DNA from: Mycolicibacterium smegmatis
Lineage (GTDB): Bacteria; Actinomycetota; Actinomycetes; Mycobacteriales; Mycobacteriaceae
Assembly (NCBI RefSeq): GCF_001457595.1
Contig: NZ_LN831039.1
Span: 2,070,001-2,102,000 of the forward strand
Length of the DNA: 32,000 nucleotides
Direction of reading: 5' to 3'
The translations under genes and the position numbers were made by a program. Every line of letters begins with the position of its first letter. The stretch's first letter is position 1. Of this stretch, positions 19,401 to 27,763 are shown piece after piece. The notes beneath the pieces are model-generated. The model made no database searches. It was given only the letters and a program-made list of their open reading frames with translations, and was not told the DNA's origin.

Positions 19401-19692
19401 CGACGCGGTGTTCGCCGAACCGGACGGCACCACCATGGTTCTCGACTGGAAGACCGGCGACCCGCCGGAAACTCCGGAGGCCAAGGAACACGCGGCGGTT
19501 CAGCTCGCGGTGTACCGGCTGGCGTGGGCGGCAATGCGCGGCTGCCCGCCCGAGTCGGTGCGCGCGGCGTTCCACTATGTCCGTTCCGGTCAGACCGTCA
19601 TCCCCGAAACCCTGCCCGGAGCAGAAGAACTGGTGAAACTGCTCGCCGCAGCGCCGACCGAAACAGCCGAGGAAGCCGACCGGATCACGTGA
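16405..19692 (+). CDS. adnB: AdnB subunit of the AdnAB DSB-resecting helicase-nuclease
   Basis: GTG 16405 overlaps the adnA stop (GTGA), giving 1095 aa. Walker A AGAGAGKTE; motif II LLDEYQDTGHAQR; nuclease motif VLDWKTGDPPE with AVQLAVYRLAW. Confidence 0.96.
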   Translation: MTQVASPVVQARYSPVELSAALGLFPPTDEQAAVIAAPPGPLVVIAGAGAGKTETMAARVVWLVANGFATPSQVLGLTFTRKAAGQLLRRVRTRLARLAGAGLAPGSGASDESATVSTYHAFAGTLLREHGLLLPVEPDTRLLSETELWQLAYDVVCAHPGHLDTEKTPAAVTAMVLRLSGALAEHLVDTDQLRDTHVELERLVHTLPAGPYQRDRGPSQWLLRMLATQTERTELVPLIDALHQRMRAEKVMDFGMQMAAAARLAARFPQVGEQLRQRFRVVLLDEYQDTGHAQRIALSSLFGGGADDGLALTAVGDPIQSIYGWRGASATNLPRFTTDFPYSDGTPAPTLELRTSWRNPPSTLHVANAVSEEARRRSVAVRALRPRPDAEPGTIRCALLNNVAAERDWVADHLARAYHGAIGRGEAAPTAAVLVRRNADAAPMAEALTARGVPVEVVGVAGLLAVPEVADLVAMLRLIADPTAGSAVMRILTGPRWRFGARDIAALWRRAVELDDRPKGELGTADIVAQAAPDADSACLADAICDPGDAERYSPAGYQRIVALGRELTMLRAHLGHPLPELVAEVRRVLGLDAEARAVRPVAAGWAGTENLDRFSDLVSDFAGHASASVSALLAYLDAAVEVENGLAPAELTVSHDRVQILTVHAAKGLEWQVVAVPHLSARVFPSTTQARTWLTDASDLPPLLRGDRATESEIGVPVLDTSDIYDRKILSDKISDHKKSLDQRRVDEERRLLYVAITRAEDTLLLSGHHWGATESKPRGPSEFLCELKTILEEATAAGTPCGEIEHWAPDPAPGETNPLRDQVVEALWPPVASADDHVHRGAQLVAAAMAGEVSAEADQEGWAADVDALLAERERPPQQEDTELPGQLSVSTLVELSRDPKAALTRLRRRLPQRPDPHALLGTTFHEWVQRYFHAERLFDLDDLPGAVDSDSGRAVEESLAELQDAFVKSPWAARTPVEVEVPFDMVLGETVVRGRIDAVFAEPDGTTMVLDWKTGDPPETPEAKEHAAVQLAVYRLAWAAMRGCPPESVRAAFHYVRSGQTVIPETLPGAEELVKLLAAAPTETAEEADRIT

Positions 19693-20398
19693 TCGCGGTG
19701 CCCACCGCCAGACCGATGCCATAGGTGATCGCGAGTGCAAGGCCGCCGCCGATCACGTTGCGCAACACCGCACGGCCCTTGGGTGCGCCGCCCAGACCCG
19801 CCGACACCGCGCCGGTCAGCATCAGCGCGAGCAGCACGGCCACCACCGTCACCGGGACGCGGGCGGTGGTCGGAGGCACCAGGATCGCGATCAGTGGCAG
19901 CAGCGCGCCGGTGGTGAAAGCCAGCGCCGAGGACATCGCGGCCTGCCACGGGTTGGTCAGTTCGGTGGGGTCGATCCCCAGTTCGATCTCGGCGTGCGCG
20001 GCGAAGGCGTCGTGGTCTGAGAGTTCCTCGGCCACCGCACGCGCGGTCGCAGGCGACAATCCCTTGCCTTCGTAGAGGGCCGCGAGTTCGTCCAACTCGG
20101 CGGCCGGATCTTCGCGCAGTTCGCGCCGTTCCTTGCTCAGGAGTGCACGTTCGGTGTCGCGCTGCGTGCTCACCGAGACGTACTCGCCCAGGGCCATCGA
20201 GACCGCCCCGGCGGCCAACCCGGCTATGCCTGCGGTCAGGATGGGCTCGCGCGATGCGGTCGCCGCGGCAACGCCGACGACGATGCCCGCGGTGGAGACG
20301 ATGCCGTCGTTGGCTCCCAGGACACCGGCCCGCAGCCAGTTGAGTTTCGATGCGACGGAACCGATGTGCGGTTCTGCGGGATGCGTGGAATTGGCCAC
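19685..20398 (-). CDS. VIT1/CCC1 transporter family protein (Fe/Mn transporter-like)
   Basis: LNWLRAGVLGANDGIVSTAGIVVGVAAA and several TM helices; GAVSMALGEYVSVSTQRDTE; GTG start. Confidence 0.93.
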   Translation of the reverse strand: MANSTHPAEPHIGSVASKLNWLRAGVLGANDGIVSTAGIVVGVAAATASREPILTAGIAGLAAGAVSMALGEYVSVSTQRDTERALLSKERRELREDPAAELDELAALYEGKGLSPATARAVAEELSDHDAFAAHAEIELGIDPTELTNPWQAAMSSALAFTTGALLPLIAILVPPTTARVPVTVVAVLLALMLTGAVSAGLGGAPKGRAVLRNVIGGGLALAITYGIGLAVGTAIT

Positions 20399-20529
20399 GA
20401 TTGTGACGATATCGATCAGAACGGCGCGTCACCAGCAACCATAGCCTTGCCAAACTTTCGTGCAACGCACGCGAAACCGGCTGCGTCCGCAATGTTCCGC
20501 GCCATACCGGCGCGGGCCCGGAAAGTCGG

Positions 20530-20919
20530 TCAGGAGTGGCGGTACACCTTGAGCGCGGTGGTGATCATCGGAATCTGCAGGGGCAGGCGGGCGATCGCGC
20601 CGAGGCGCAGCGGCCACGGCTTGTTCCACCACAGCCGCACCATGTTGACGTTGGCCGGGAACACCGAGATGAACAGCGCCACCGCGGCCAGCGCGCCGAG
20701 CCTGCGGGTGCGCGGGGAGGCGAGCAGGGCGCCGGTGGCGAGCTCGCCTACGCCCGAGGCGTAGGTGTAGAACCGTGCGCTTCCCGGCAGTTCGGCGGGA
20801 ACGATCGAGTCGAACGGTTTGGGGGCGAGGAAGTGCAGGGTCCCGATGCCGAACAACATCGCCGCGAGGCGACGTGCTTCGGGAGCGGCGGTGATCTGCG
20901 CGGGCGAGGGTGCGGTCAT
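20530..20919 (-). CDS. DoxX-like small membrane protein
   Basis: MTAPSPAQI...AAMLFGIGTLHFLAPKPFDSIVPAELPGSARFYTYASGVGELATGALL...; about 4 hydrophobic segments. Confidence 0.75.
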   Translation of the reverse strand: MTAPSPAQITAAPEARRLAAMLFGIGTLHFLAPKPFDSIVPAELPGSARFYTYASGVGELATGALLASPRTRRLGALAAVALFISVFPANVNMVRLWWNKPWPLRLGAIARLPLQIPMITTALKVYRHS

Positions 20920-20988
20920 GGTTACATTGTGGCGTGCGACTGCTCGGATCGGTCCAGGCAAACACTGGCCGGCTGTCCTGGATGACTC

Positions 20989-22083
20989 GTGGCTAAAGGC
21001 AGGTTACGGCGCCGCCTGGCCGCCATCGACTCGAATCTGACCTCGCAGCCAGACGCCGCGCTCGTGGATGTGTTGCGGATTCCCGAACCGTTCATCAGCC
21101 CGAGCCGCAAGATCGCGATGCGCCTGCTCTACGCGACCGGCGCCCTGTTCGCGGCCGTGTTGATCGTCTACCTGGACCGCCACGGCTACCGCGACATCAA
21201 CGCCACGCCGGACGAGAACGATCCGCTGTCGTTCTTGGACTGCCTCTACTATGCGACGGTCTCGCTGTCGACGACCGGCTACGGCGACATCACGCCGTAC
21301 ACCGAGTCGGCGCGGCTGGTCAACGTCCTGGTCATCACGCCGTTGCGGGTGGCGTTCCTGATCGTCCTCATCGGCACCACGGTGGAAACGCTGACCACCC
21401 AGTCGCGGCAGGCGCTGAAGATCCAGCGATGGAGGAGCAAAGTGCGCAACCACACCGTGGTGATCGGATACGGCACCAAGGGCCGCACGGCCGTGGCGGC
21501 CATGGTCGGCGACGATGTCGCACCGGCCGACATCGTCGTCGTCGACGAGAACGCCTCGGCGTTGGAGCGGGCGCGAAGCGCTGGGCTGGTCACCGTGCAC
21601 GGCGACGCCACGAAGTCCGACATCTTGCGCCTCGCGAGCGCCCAGCACGCCAAGGCGATCATCGTCGCCACCGACGACGACGCGAGCGCTGTGCTGGTGA
21701 CGCTGACCGCCCGCGAACTGGCCCCCAAGGCCAAGATCATCGCCGCGGCGCGCGAGGCCGAGAACCAGCACCTGCTGCGGCAGTCGGGTGCGGACTCGAC
21801 GGTGGTGTCCTCGGAGACGGCGGGCCGTCTGCTGGGTATCGCCACGCAGACTCCGAGCGTGGTGGAGATGATGGAAGACCTGCTGACGCCCGACGCCGGC
21901 TTCGCGATCGCCGAACGGGAGGTCAGCCCGAAAGAGGAGGGCGGTTCGCCGCGGCACCTGCACGACATCGTGCTCGGGGTCGTGCGCGGCGGCCGCCTGG
22001 TGCGCGTCGACGATCCGGAGGTCGACGCGCTGGAGGCCGGCGACCGGCTCCTGTACATCCGCAGTGCGGACGCCGAACGATGA
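20989..22083 (+). CDS. Potassium channel protein with RCK/TrkA-N NAD-binding domain (Rv3200c-like)
   Basis: Pore SLSTTGYGDITP selectivity filter; Rossmann NHTVVIGYGTKGRTAV. Confidence 0.95.
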   Translation: MAKGRLRRRLAAIDSNLTSQPDAALVDVLRIPEPFISPSRKIAMRLLYATGALFAAVLIVYLDRHGYRDINATPDENDPLSFLDCLYYATVSLSTTGYGDITPYTESARLVNVLVITPLRVAFLIVLIGTTVETLTTQSRQALKIQRWRSKVRNHTVVIGYGTKGRTAVAAMVGDDVAPADIVVVDENASALERARSAGLVTVHGDATKSDILRLASAQHAKAIIVATDDDASAVLVTLTARELAPKAKIIAAAREAENQHLLRQSGADSTVVSSETAGRLLGIATQTPSVVEMMEDLLTPDAGFAIAEREVSPKEEGGSPRHLHDIVLGVVRGGRLVRVDDPEVDALEAGDRLLYIRSADAER

Positions 22084-23015
22084 GCGAACACCGCACGTTC
22101 GGGCTCCGTAACGTCCCGCTGCTGTCCCGGGTCGGCGCCGATCGCGCCGATACCTTGCGCACCGACGTCGACGCCGCCCTGGCGGGCTGGCCCGACGCGC
22201 TGGTGCTACGCGTGGACCGCCGCAACCAGGTGCTCATCGCCAACGGTCAGGTGGTGCTCGGTGAGGCCGGCGCACTCGGAGACCGGCCGCCCGAGCACGC
22301 GGTGTTCCTGGGACGTCTGCAGGACGGCAGGCACGTATGGGGTATCCGGGCGGATCTGGAGGCGCCCGAGGATGCCGACCTGGGGACCGAGGTGCTCGAC
22401 CTGCGCCGGGCCGGGCAGATCTTCGACGACACCAGCGCCCAGTTGGTGGCGACCGCCACGGCGCTGCTCAACTGGCATGACAACGCGCGGCACAGCGCGA
22501 TCGACGGGGCGCCGACCCGGCCCGCCAAGGGCGGCTGGTCGCGCGTCAACCCGCTGACCGGTCACGAGGAGTTCCCGCGGATCGATCCCGCCGTCATCTG
22601 CCTGGTGCACGACGGGCATGACCGGGCGGTGCTGGCCCGTCAGACGCTGTGGCCGGAGCGGTTGTTCTCGATTCTGGCCGGGTTCGTCGAGGCCGGCGAG
22701 TCGTTCGAGACGTGCGTGCAACGCGAGATCGCCGAGGAGGTCGGGCTCACGGTCACCGACGTGCAGTACCTCGGCAGCCAGCCGTGGCCGTTCCCGCGCT
22801 CGCTCATGGTCGGTTTCCACGCGATCGGCGATCCCGAGCAGCCGTTCTCCTACAACGACGGCGAGATCGCCGAGGCCGCGTGGTTCACCCGCGATGAGAT
22901 CCGCGCGGCACTCGATCAGGGGGACTGGAACAGCGACTCGCCGTCACGGCTCCTGCTGCCAGGCTCCATCTCGATCGCCCGCGAGATCATCGAATCCTGG
23001 GCCGCACTCGACTGA
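22080..23015 (+). CDS. nudC: NAD+ diphosphatase NudC (Nudix)
   Basis: Nudix box GFVEAGESFETCVQREIAEEVGL and the NADH-pyrophosphatase motif SQPWPFPRS; ATG overlaps the upstream stop (ATGA). Confidence 0.95.
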   Translation: MSEHRTFGLRNVPLLSRVGADRADTLRTDVDAALAGWPDALVLRVDRRNQVLIANGQVVLGEAGALGDRPPEHAVFLGRLQDGRHVWGIRADLEAPEDADLGTEVLDLRRAGQIFDDTSAQLVATATALLNWHDNARHSAIDGAPTRPAKGGWSRVNPLTGHEEFPRIDPAVICLVHDGHDRAVLARQTLWPERLFSILAGFVEAGESFETCVQREIAEEVGLTVTDVQYLGSQPWPFPRSLMVGFHAIGDPEQPFSYNDGEIAEAAWFTRDEIRAALDQGDWNSDSPSRLLLPGSISIAREIIESWAALD

Positions 23016-23037
23016 GTGGCCCATTCTCGGGATAAGG

Positions 23038-23286
23038 TCAGCCGAGCTTGGCCTTGACCTGCTTGATGGTCGGGTTGGTCAGCGTGGATCCGTCGGCGAA
23101 CTTGACCGTCGGCACCACGTGATTGCCGCCGTTGACCGAACCGACGAACTCGGCTGCTGCGGGATCGCCCTCGATGTCGACCTCGGTGTAGGGGATGCCT
23201 TCGGCCTTGAGAGCGGTCTTCAGGCGAGAGCAGTAGCCGCACCATGTGGTGGTGTACATGATGAGTTCGCTGGAAGCAGTAGTCAT
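23038..23286 (-). CDS. mrx1: Mycoredoxin 1 / glutaredoxin-like protein
   Basis: MTTASSELIMYTTTWCGYCSRLKTALKAEGIPYTEVDIEGD...HVVPTVKFADGSTLTNP; CGYC redox motif. Confidence 0.94.
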   Translation of the reverse strand: MTTASSELIMYTTTWCGYCSRLKTALKAEGIPYTEVDIEGDPAAAEFVGSVNGGNHVVPTVKFADGSTLTNPTIKQVKAKLG

Positions 23287-23823
23287 AGTGTGCACAACGT
23301 AACTCAGCCGGGCGGTATGCCTGTGATCAGGTCACGCCATAACGGCCGCGCGGTGTGATGGGAGAGACACGACCACGTCGGGTTGTACCCGTGGCCGGGG
23401 ACTCCCACGAATCGGACGAATTACGCCTGCGGGTACGGCAATTCGTCGCCGAACAACAACCGGCGGGCACGATCGGGTGTTACGCCGACAGCGCCGGTTG
23501 AGACGAGGAGTTGGCCCGCGCGCGACCGCCGGCGCACCGGGCGAAGCCGTGCGGACCGACCGGTCTTCGGCGACTTCGCGGTCGCGGCGGTGCGCCCGTC
23601 GTGTCGCCGCACCGGGACGCTCGCCGCACCGATCTCGCGACCGGCGCGCCGGGCTGGGGGCGCTCATCGCCGGCATCTGATCTTGAGGTGCACACGCCGC
23701 TGATCTTGAGTGGCGCACGCCACAATGCACGCGGATCGGATTAGCCCGGTCCCATCCGTGGAACCCCTGAGGTCAGATCCGCATGCTCACCACGAGTTGC
23801 GGTTGATGCCGAAGGGGGAATGG

Positions 23824-24393
23824 ATGACCCAGCACAGCAAATCCGACCAGGCGCGTAAGAGCTTCATCGACTCGGTGAAGGGCACCGCCAAGGAGGTTGT
23901 CGGTGCTGTCACCGGCAACGACTCGCTGACCGCCGAGGGCCAGCTGGAGAAGACGCAGGCCAAGGAACGCAGGGAAGCCGGTCGCGCTGCGGCGGTGGCC
24001 GACGCCGAGGCCCGCCAGGCTCGCGCCGAGGAGGCGCAGGCCCAGGCTGATGGCGCACAGAAGCGCGCCGCAGTAGCCGCAGAGGCCGCGGTTGTCGAGA
24101 ACGACGTGCGCGCCCAGCAGGACGCCCAGAAGCGTGAGGCCGAGGCCGCCGCGCGGCGTGACGCCGAACGTCAGAAGACGCAGGCCGACATCGACGCCCA
24201 ACGTGAGGTTCAGTTGGCGGACGCAGCGGAACGCTCCGACGTCGCCGTGGCCCGCCAGGAGGCCGCCGAGGCGGCTGCTGATCACCAGGACGCGGTCAAG
24301 GAGTCGGCAGACGTGCGGGCCCGGGCCGATCGCATGCGCCAGGAGGCCGACAAATTGACCGAAGAAGCCGACCTGCCCGGCGACGAGAAATAG
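23824..24393 (+). CDS. CsbD-like N-terminus plus long Ala/Glu/Arg-rich coiled-coil protein
   Basis: MTQHSKSDQARKSFIDSVKGTAKEVVGAVTGNDSLTAEGQLEKTQ (CsbD-like) followed by about 130 aa of low-complexity charged helix. Alternative start ATG 23806. Confidence 0.75.
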   Translation: MTQHSKSDQARKSFIDSVKGTAKEVVGAVTGNDSLTAEGQLEKTQAKERREAGRAAAVADAEARQARAEEAQAQADGAQKRAAVAAEAAVVENDVRAQQDAQKREAEAAARRDAERQKTQADIDAQREVQLADAAERSDVAVARQEAAEAAADHQDAVKESADVRARADRMRQEADKLTEEADLPGDEK

Positions 24394-24401
24394 GAGTGCA
24401 C

Positions 24402-25058
24402 ATGAGGATCACAGACGTCCCGTTCGCCGTTCTGCGCCTGCAATACCAGGTGGCCAGGCTGCCGCTGCAACTGATCGAGGACCAGGTCATGACGCGCCTG
24501 GACCCGGAGACGCCGGCGCGGCTGTTCTACGAGCGCTCGTTCGGCAAGCTCGACGAGACCGTCGGTGGCGCGTTGGGCGCCGTGGACCTGCGTGAGCGGG
24601 GCTCCGCGCTCGTCGAGCGCAGCAACGCGCTGCTGCGGGCCATCCAGCTGGAGGCCGAGGCGACCCGCAACACCCGTGAGGCCGACGCGGAACTCCGGGA
24701 GGCCCAGGCGGAGGCGGCCGAGGACCTGAAGGACGCTCGCGCCGACCGCGAGCAGAACGTCAAGGAAGCCCGGTCGACGGCGCTGCAGCGCAAGCAGGCC
24801 GCCGAACAGGCACGCCAGAAGCGCACCCAGACCGCCAAGGCCAAGACCGACGAAGTGGCCGCCAAGCGCAAGGAGGTCGCCCAGACCGCCAAGCAGCGCA
24901 AGGAAGAGGCGATCAACACCGTCGAACAGGCCAAGACCAAGAACGCTCGGGCCAAGCTCGCCGACGCGCAGGAAACCCGCGTCGAGGCGGCCGAGAAGAT
25001 CGTCGAAGCCGACCAGATCGAGGAGTGGGCCGAGGCCGAGAAGGCCAAACGTTCCTGA
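24402..25058 (+). CDS. Coiled-coil protein, cotranscribed with the upstream CsbD-like gene
   Basis: ATG 24402 lies 8 nt after the upstream stop with a TAGGAG SD-like motif; MRITDVPFAVLRLQYQVARLPLQLIEDQVMTRLDPETPARLFYERSFGKLDETVGG then a long charged helix. Confidence 0.8.
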   Translation: MRITDVPFAVLRLQYQVARLPLQLIEDQVMTRLDPETPARLFYERSFGKLDETVGGALGAVDLRERGSALVERSNALLRAIQLEAEATRNTREADAELREAQAEAAEDLKDARADREQNVKEARSTALQRKQAAEQARQKRTQTAKAKTDEVAAKRKEVAQTAKQRKEEAINTVEQAKTKNARAKLADAQETRVEAAEKIVEADQIEEWAEAEKAKRS

Positions 25059-25132
25059 CCTGACGCTCGCTCAACCGAACACCGACGACCCGAGGTCGTC
25101 GGTGTTCGGCCTTGTCGGGCGGTGCTGACATC

Positions 25133-27262
25133 ATGGTCGGCATGCCGTTGGAGGCCCCCAGCCCAACCTTGGAAGATCTGGACGACGAACAGCGGGAAGC
25201 GGTGCTGGCTCCCCGCGGGCCGGTCTGTGTGCTGGCCGGGGCCGGTACCGGTAAGACCCGCACCATCACCCGGCGGATCGCGCACCTGGTGGCCGGCGGG
25301 CACGTCGCGGCCGGCCAGGTCCTCGCGGTGACGTTCACCGCGCGTGCGGCGGGGGAGATGCGGGCCCGGTTGCGGGCGCTCGGCCAGCAGACCGGGGTCC
25401 CGACGGGTGCGGTGCAGGCGGTGACGTTCCACGCGGCCGCACGCAGGCAGCTGCAGTACTTCTGGCCGCGGCTCGTCGGCGACACCGGATGGGAACTGCT
25501 CGACAGCAAGTTCTCGGTCGTCGCCCAGGCCGCCAACCGCGCCGGCCTCCAGCCCAGCACCGACGACGTACGCGACCTCGCGGGCGAAATTGAATGGGCC
25601 AAGGCATCTTTGATCACCCCCGAGGCGTACGGCGCCGCGGTCGCCAAGGTGGGACGCGACATCCCGCTCGATGCGCAGAAGGTCGCCGCGGTCTACTCCG
25701 GCTACGAGGCGCTCAAAGCGCGCCGCGACGGATCGGCCCTGCTCGACTTCGACGATCTGCTGTTGCACACGGCCGCGGCCATCGAGAACGACGCCGCGGT
25801 GGCCCAGGAGTTCCGCGACCGGTACCGCTGCTTCGTCGTCGACGAATATCAGGACGTCACGCCGTTGCAGCAGCGCGTGCTCGACGCCTGGCTGGGCGAC
25901 CGTGACGATCTCACCGTCGTGGGTGACGCCAATCAGACCATCTACTCGTTCACCGGCGCCACGCCGCGCTATCTGTTGGATTTCTCGCGGCGTTTCCCCG
26001 ACGCGGCGGTGGTGCGTCTCGAACGTGACTACCGCTCCACGCCGCAGGTGGTGTCGCTGGCCAACCGGGTGATCGCGGGTGCGCGTGGGCGGATGGCCGG
26101 CAGCAAGCTGCATCTGGTGGGCCAGCGGGACCCGGGCCCCAAGCCGACGTTCAACGAGTACCCCGACGAGGTGGCCGAGGCCAAGGGCGTGGCCAAGGCC
26201 ATCCAGAAGCTGATCGAAAAAGGCACCGCGCCGGCCGAAATCGCGGTCCTCTACCGCATCAACGCGCAGTCGGAGGTGTACGAGGAGGCGCTCACCGAAG
26301 CCGGCATCGCGTTCCAGGTGCGCGGCGGGGAGGGCTTCTTCAGCCGTCAGGAGATCCGTCAAGCCCTCGTCGCGCTGCAACGCGCCGCCGAACGTGAGGT
26401 CGAGATCACCGATCTTCCCGTGTTCGTCCGCGAACTGCTGGAACCGCTGGGCCTCACCGCGGAGGCGCCCGCGGGCACCAGGGCGCGGGAGCGGTGGGAG
26501 GCGCTGGTCGCGCTCGCCGAACTCGTCGAGGAAGAGGTCGCGCTGCGGCCCGAACTGGATCTGCGCGCGCTGGTCGGCGAACTGCGTCAACGCGCCGACG
26601 CGCGGCACCCACCGGTGGTGCAGGGTGTGACTCTCGCGTCGCTGCACGCGGCCAAGGGCCTCGAATGGGACGCGGTGTTCCTCGTCGGTCTGGCCGATGG
26701 CACCCTGCCGATCTCGCATGCGCTTTCCCACGGTCCCGACAGTGAACCGGTCGAGGAGGAGCGCAGGCTGCTCTACGTCGGCGTCACCCGCGCACGCGTG
26801 CACCTCGCGCTGAGTTGGGCCCTTGCCCGCACCCCCGGTGGGCGGCAGGGGCGGCGGCCCTCGCGGTTCCTCAACGGCATCGCGCCGCAGACGGAGAATT
26901 CGTCATCGGGTCCGGACCGGCCGCGTCGGCAGCGGGGACCCGCTCCGCGCTGCCGCATCTGCAACGCGGCACTGTCCACCCCGCAGGCCATCATGCTGCG
27001 GCGGTGCGAGACGTGCCCGTCCAATCTCGACGAGGACCTGCTCGCCGAACTCAAGGAATGGCGGTTGCGTGTCTCGAAGGAGATGAAAGTGCCTGCCTAC
27101 GTGGTGTTCACGGACACCACGCTGATGGCGATCGCCGAGACCCTGCCCACCGACGACGCCGCACTCGTGGCCATCCCGGGCATCGGGGCGCGCAAGCTCG
27201 AGCAGTACGGCGAGGACGTCGTGGCGCTCGTGCGGGGACGCGCCAACCGCCACGATTCGTAA
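25133..27262 (+). CDS. uvrD2: UvrD2, SF1 DNA helicase with HRDC domain
   Basis: [19 protein letters not shown]; [13 protein letters not shown]; tetracysteine element [22 protein letters not shown]; C-terminal HRDC ([35 protein letters not shown]). Start may be ATG 25142. Confidence 0.95.
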   Translation: MVGMPLEAPSPTLEDLDDEQREAVLAPRGPVCVLAGAGTGKTRTITRRIAHLVAGGHVAAGQVLAVTFTARAAGEMRARLRALGQQTGVPTGAVQAVTFHAAARRQLQYFWPRLVGDTGWELLDSKFSVVAQAANRAGLQPSTDDVRDLAGEIEWAKASLITPEAYGAAVAKVGRDIPLDAQKVAAVYSGYEALKARRDGSALLDFDDLLLHTAAAIENDAAVAQEFRDRYRCFVVDEYQDVTPLQQRVLDAWLGDRDDLTVVGDANQTIYSFTGATPRYLLDFSRRFPDAAVVRLERDYRSTPQVVSLANRVIAGARGRMAGSKLHLVGQRDPGPKPTFNEYPDEVAEAKGVAKAIQKLIEKGTAPAEIAVLYRINAQSEVYEEALTEAGIAFQVRGGEGFFSRQEIRQALVALQRAAEREVEITDLPVFVRELLEPLGLTAEAPAGTRARERWEALVALAELVEEEVALRPELDLRALVGELRQRADARHPPVVQGVTLASLHAAKGLEWDAVFLVGLADGTLPISHALSHGPDSEPVEEERRLLYVGVTRARVHLALSWALARTPGGRQGRRPSRFLNGIAPQTENSSSGPDRPRRQRGPAPRCRICNAALSTPQAIMLRRCETCPSNLDEDLLAELKEWRLRVSKEMKVPAYVVFTDTTLMAIAETLPTDDAALVAIPGIGARKLEQYGEDVVALVRGRANRHDS

Positions 27263-27282
27263 AGATCGTGCCAAAACCGCAG

Positions 27283-27324
27283 GTAGAAAATAGGTTGTGC
27301 GATTCAGCTGCTAGGCTCTAGCCT
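27283..27324 (+). promoter_or_regulatory. Candidate WhiB7-type autoregulated promoter of whiB7
   Basis: AT-rich GTAGAAAATAGG immediately upstream of -35 TTGTGC (27295-27300), 18-nt spacer, -10 TAGCCT (27319-27324). Confidence 0.6.
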
Positions 27325-27371
27325 CAGAAAGTCAACTCTGGCAACGAGAAGGTAAGGGGGTGTCCCGCGAA

Positions 27372-27611
27372 ATGATCAGCTACGTCAACTTGAGCGAAGT
27401 CGCAGTGGCGGGCATGCCCGGGTTCATTCCTTCCGTTGTACCGGTGGCTGTTTCGTCGGCCCCCATGCCGCATCAGACGCCCGAGCTCGCGCATGCCGCT
27501 CACGCCGCCGCTGGTTGGCCGGCCGCCGCTGCCATTGCGCTGCAGCCCAAGCGTCGCCGCACCGCCGCCGCCACCGCGACACGCGCGTCCGTGGATCGGA
27601 GCCCCTTCTAG
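27372..27611 (+). CDS. Upstream ORF (leader peptide, 79 aa) of whiB7; alternative GTG start at 27360
   Basis: ATG 27372 MISYVNLSEVAVAGMPGFIPSVVPVAVSSAPM...RASVDRSPF, stop TAG 27609-27611. It ends just past the putative anti-terminator arm and shortly before a terminator-like hairpin. Confidence 0.7.
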   Translation: MISYVNLSEVAVAGMPGFIPSVVPVAVSSAPMPHQTPELAHAAHAAAGWPAAAAIALQPKRRRTAAATATRASVDRSPF

Positions 27612-27676
27612 GTAGAGGCTTCACACCAGCCGAAAAGGCCACGGACCCGCAGTCACCCGGATCCGTGGCCATTTTT
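27587..27676 (+). terminator. whiB7 leader attenuator: anti-terminator arm plus intrinsic terminator
   Basis: Terminator stem GGCCACGGA (27637-27645) / TCCGTGGCC (27662-27670) followed by ATTTTT (27671-27676). The anti-terminator arm GTCCGTGG (27587-27594) is perfectly complementary to CCACGGAC (27639-27646). Confidence 0.8.
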
Positions 27677-27763
27677 GTCGGACCCCCCGAGAAATCTGGT
27701 CGCAGGATCCATCAGCTCAGACAGATCACCGACAAATTCGACCAGATGCAGGGGGAAATACAC

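Noticed and set aside
23332-23730. 132-aa minus-strand ORF in the mrx1-CsbD spacer
   Set aside because: Arg/Pro/Ser-rich composition typical of non-coding high-GC DNA; no SD-like sequence or motif. Left as untranslated spacer.
24527-26803. 758-aa minus-strand ORF antisense to the coiled-coil gene and uvrD2
   Set aside because: Low-complexity shadow ORF spanning two real genes on the other strand.
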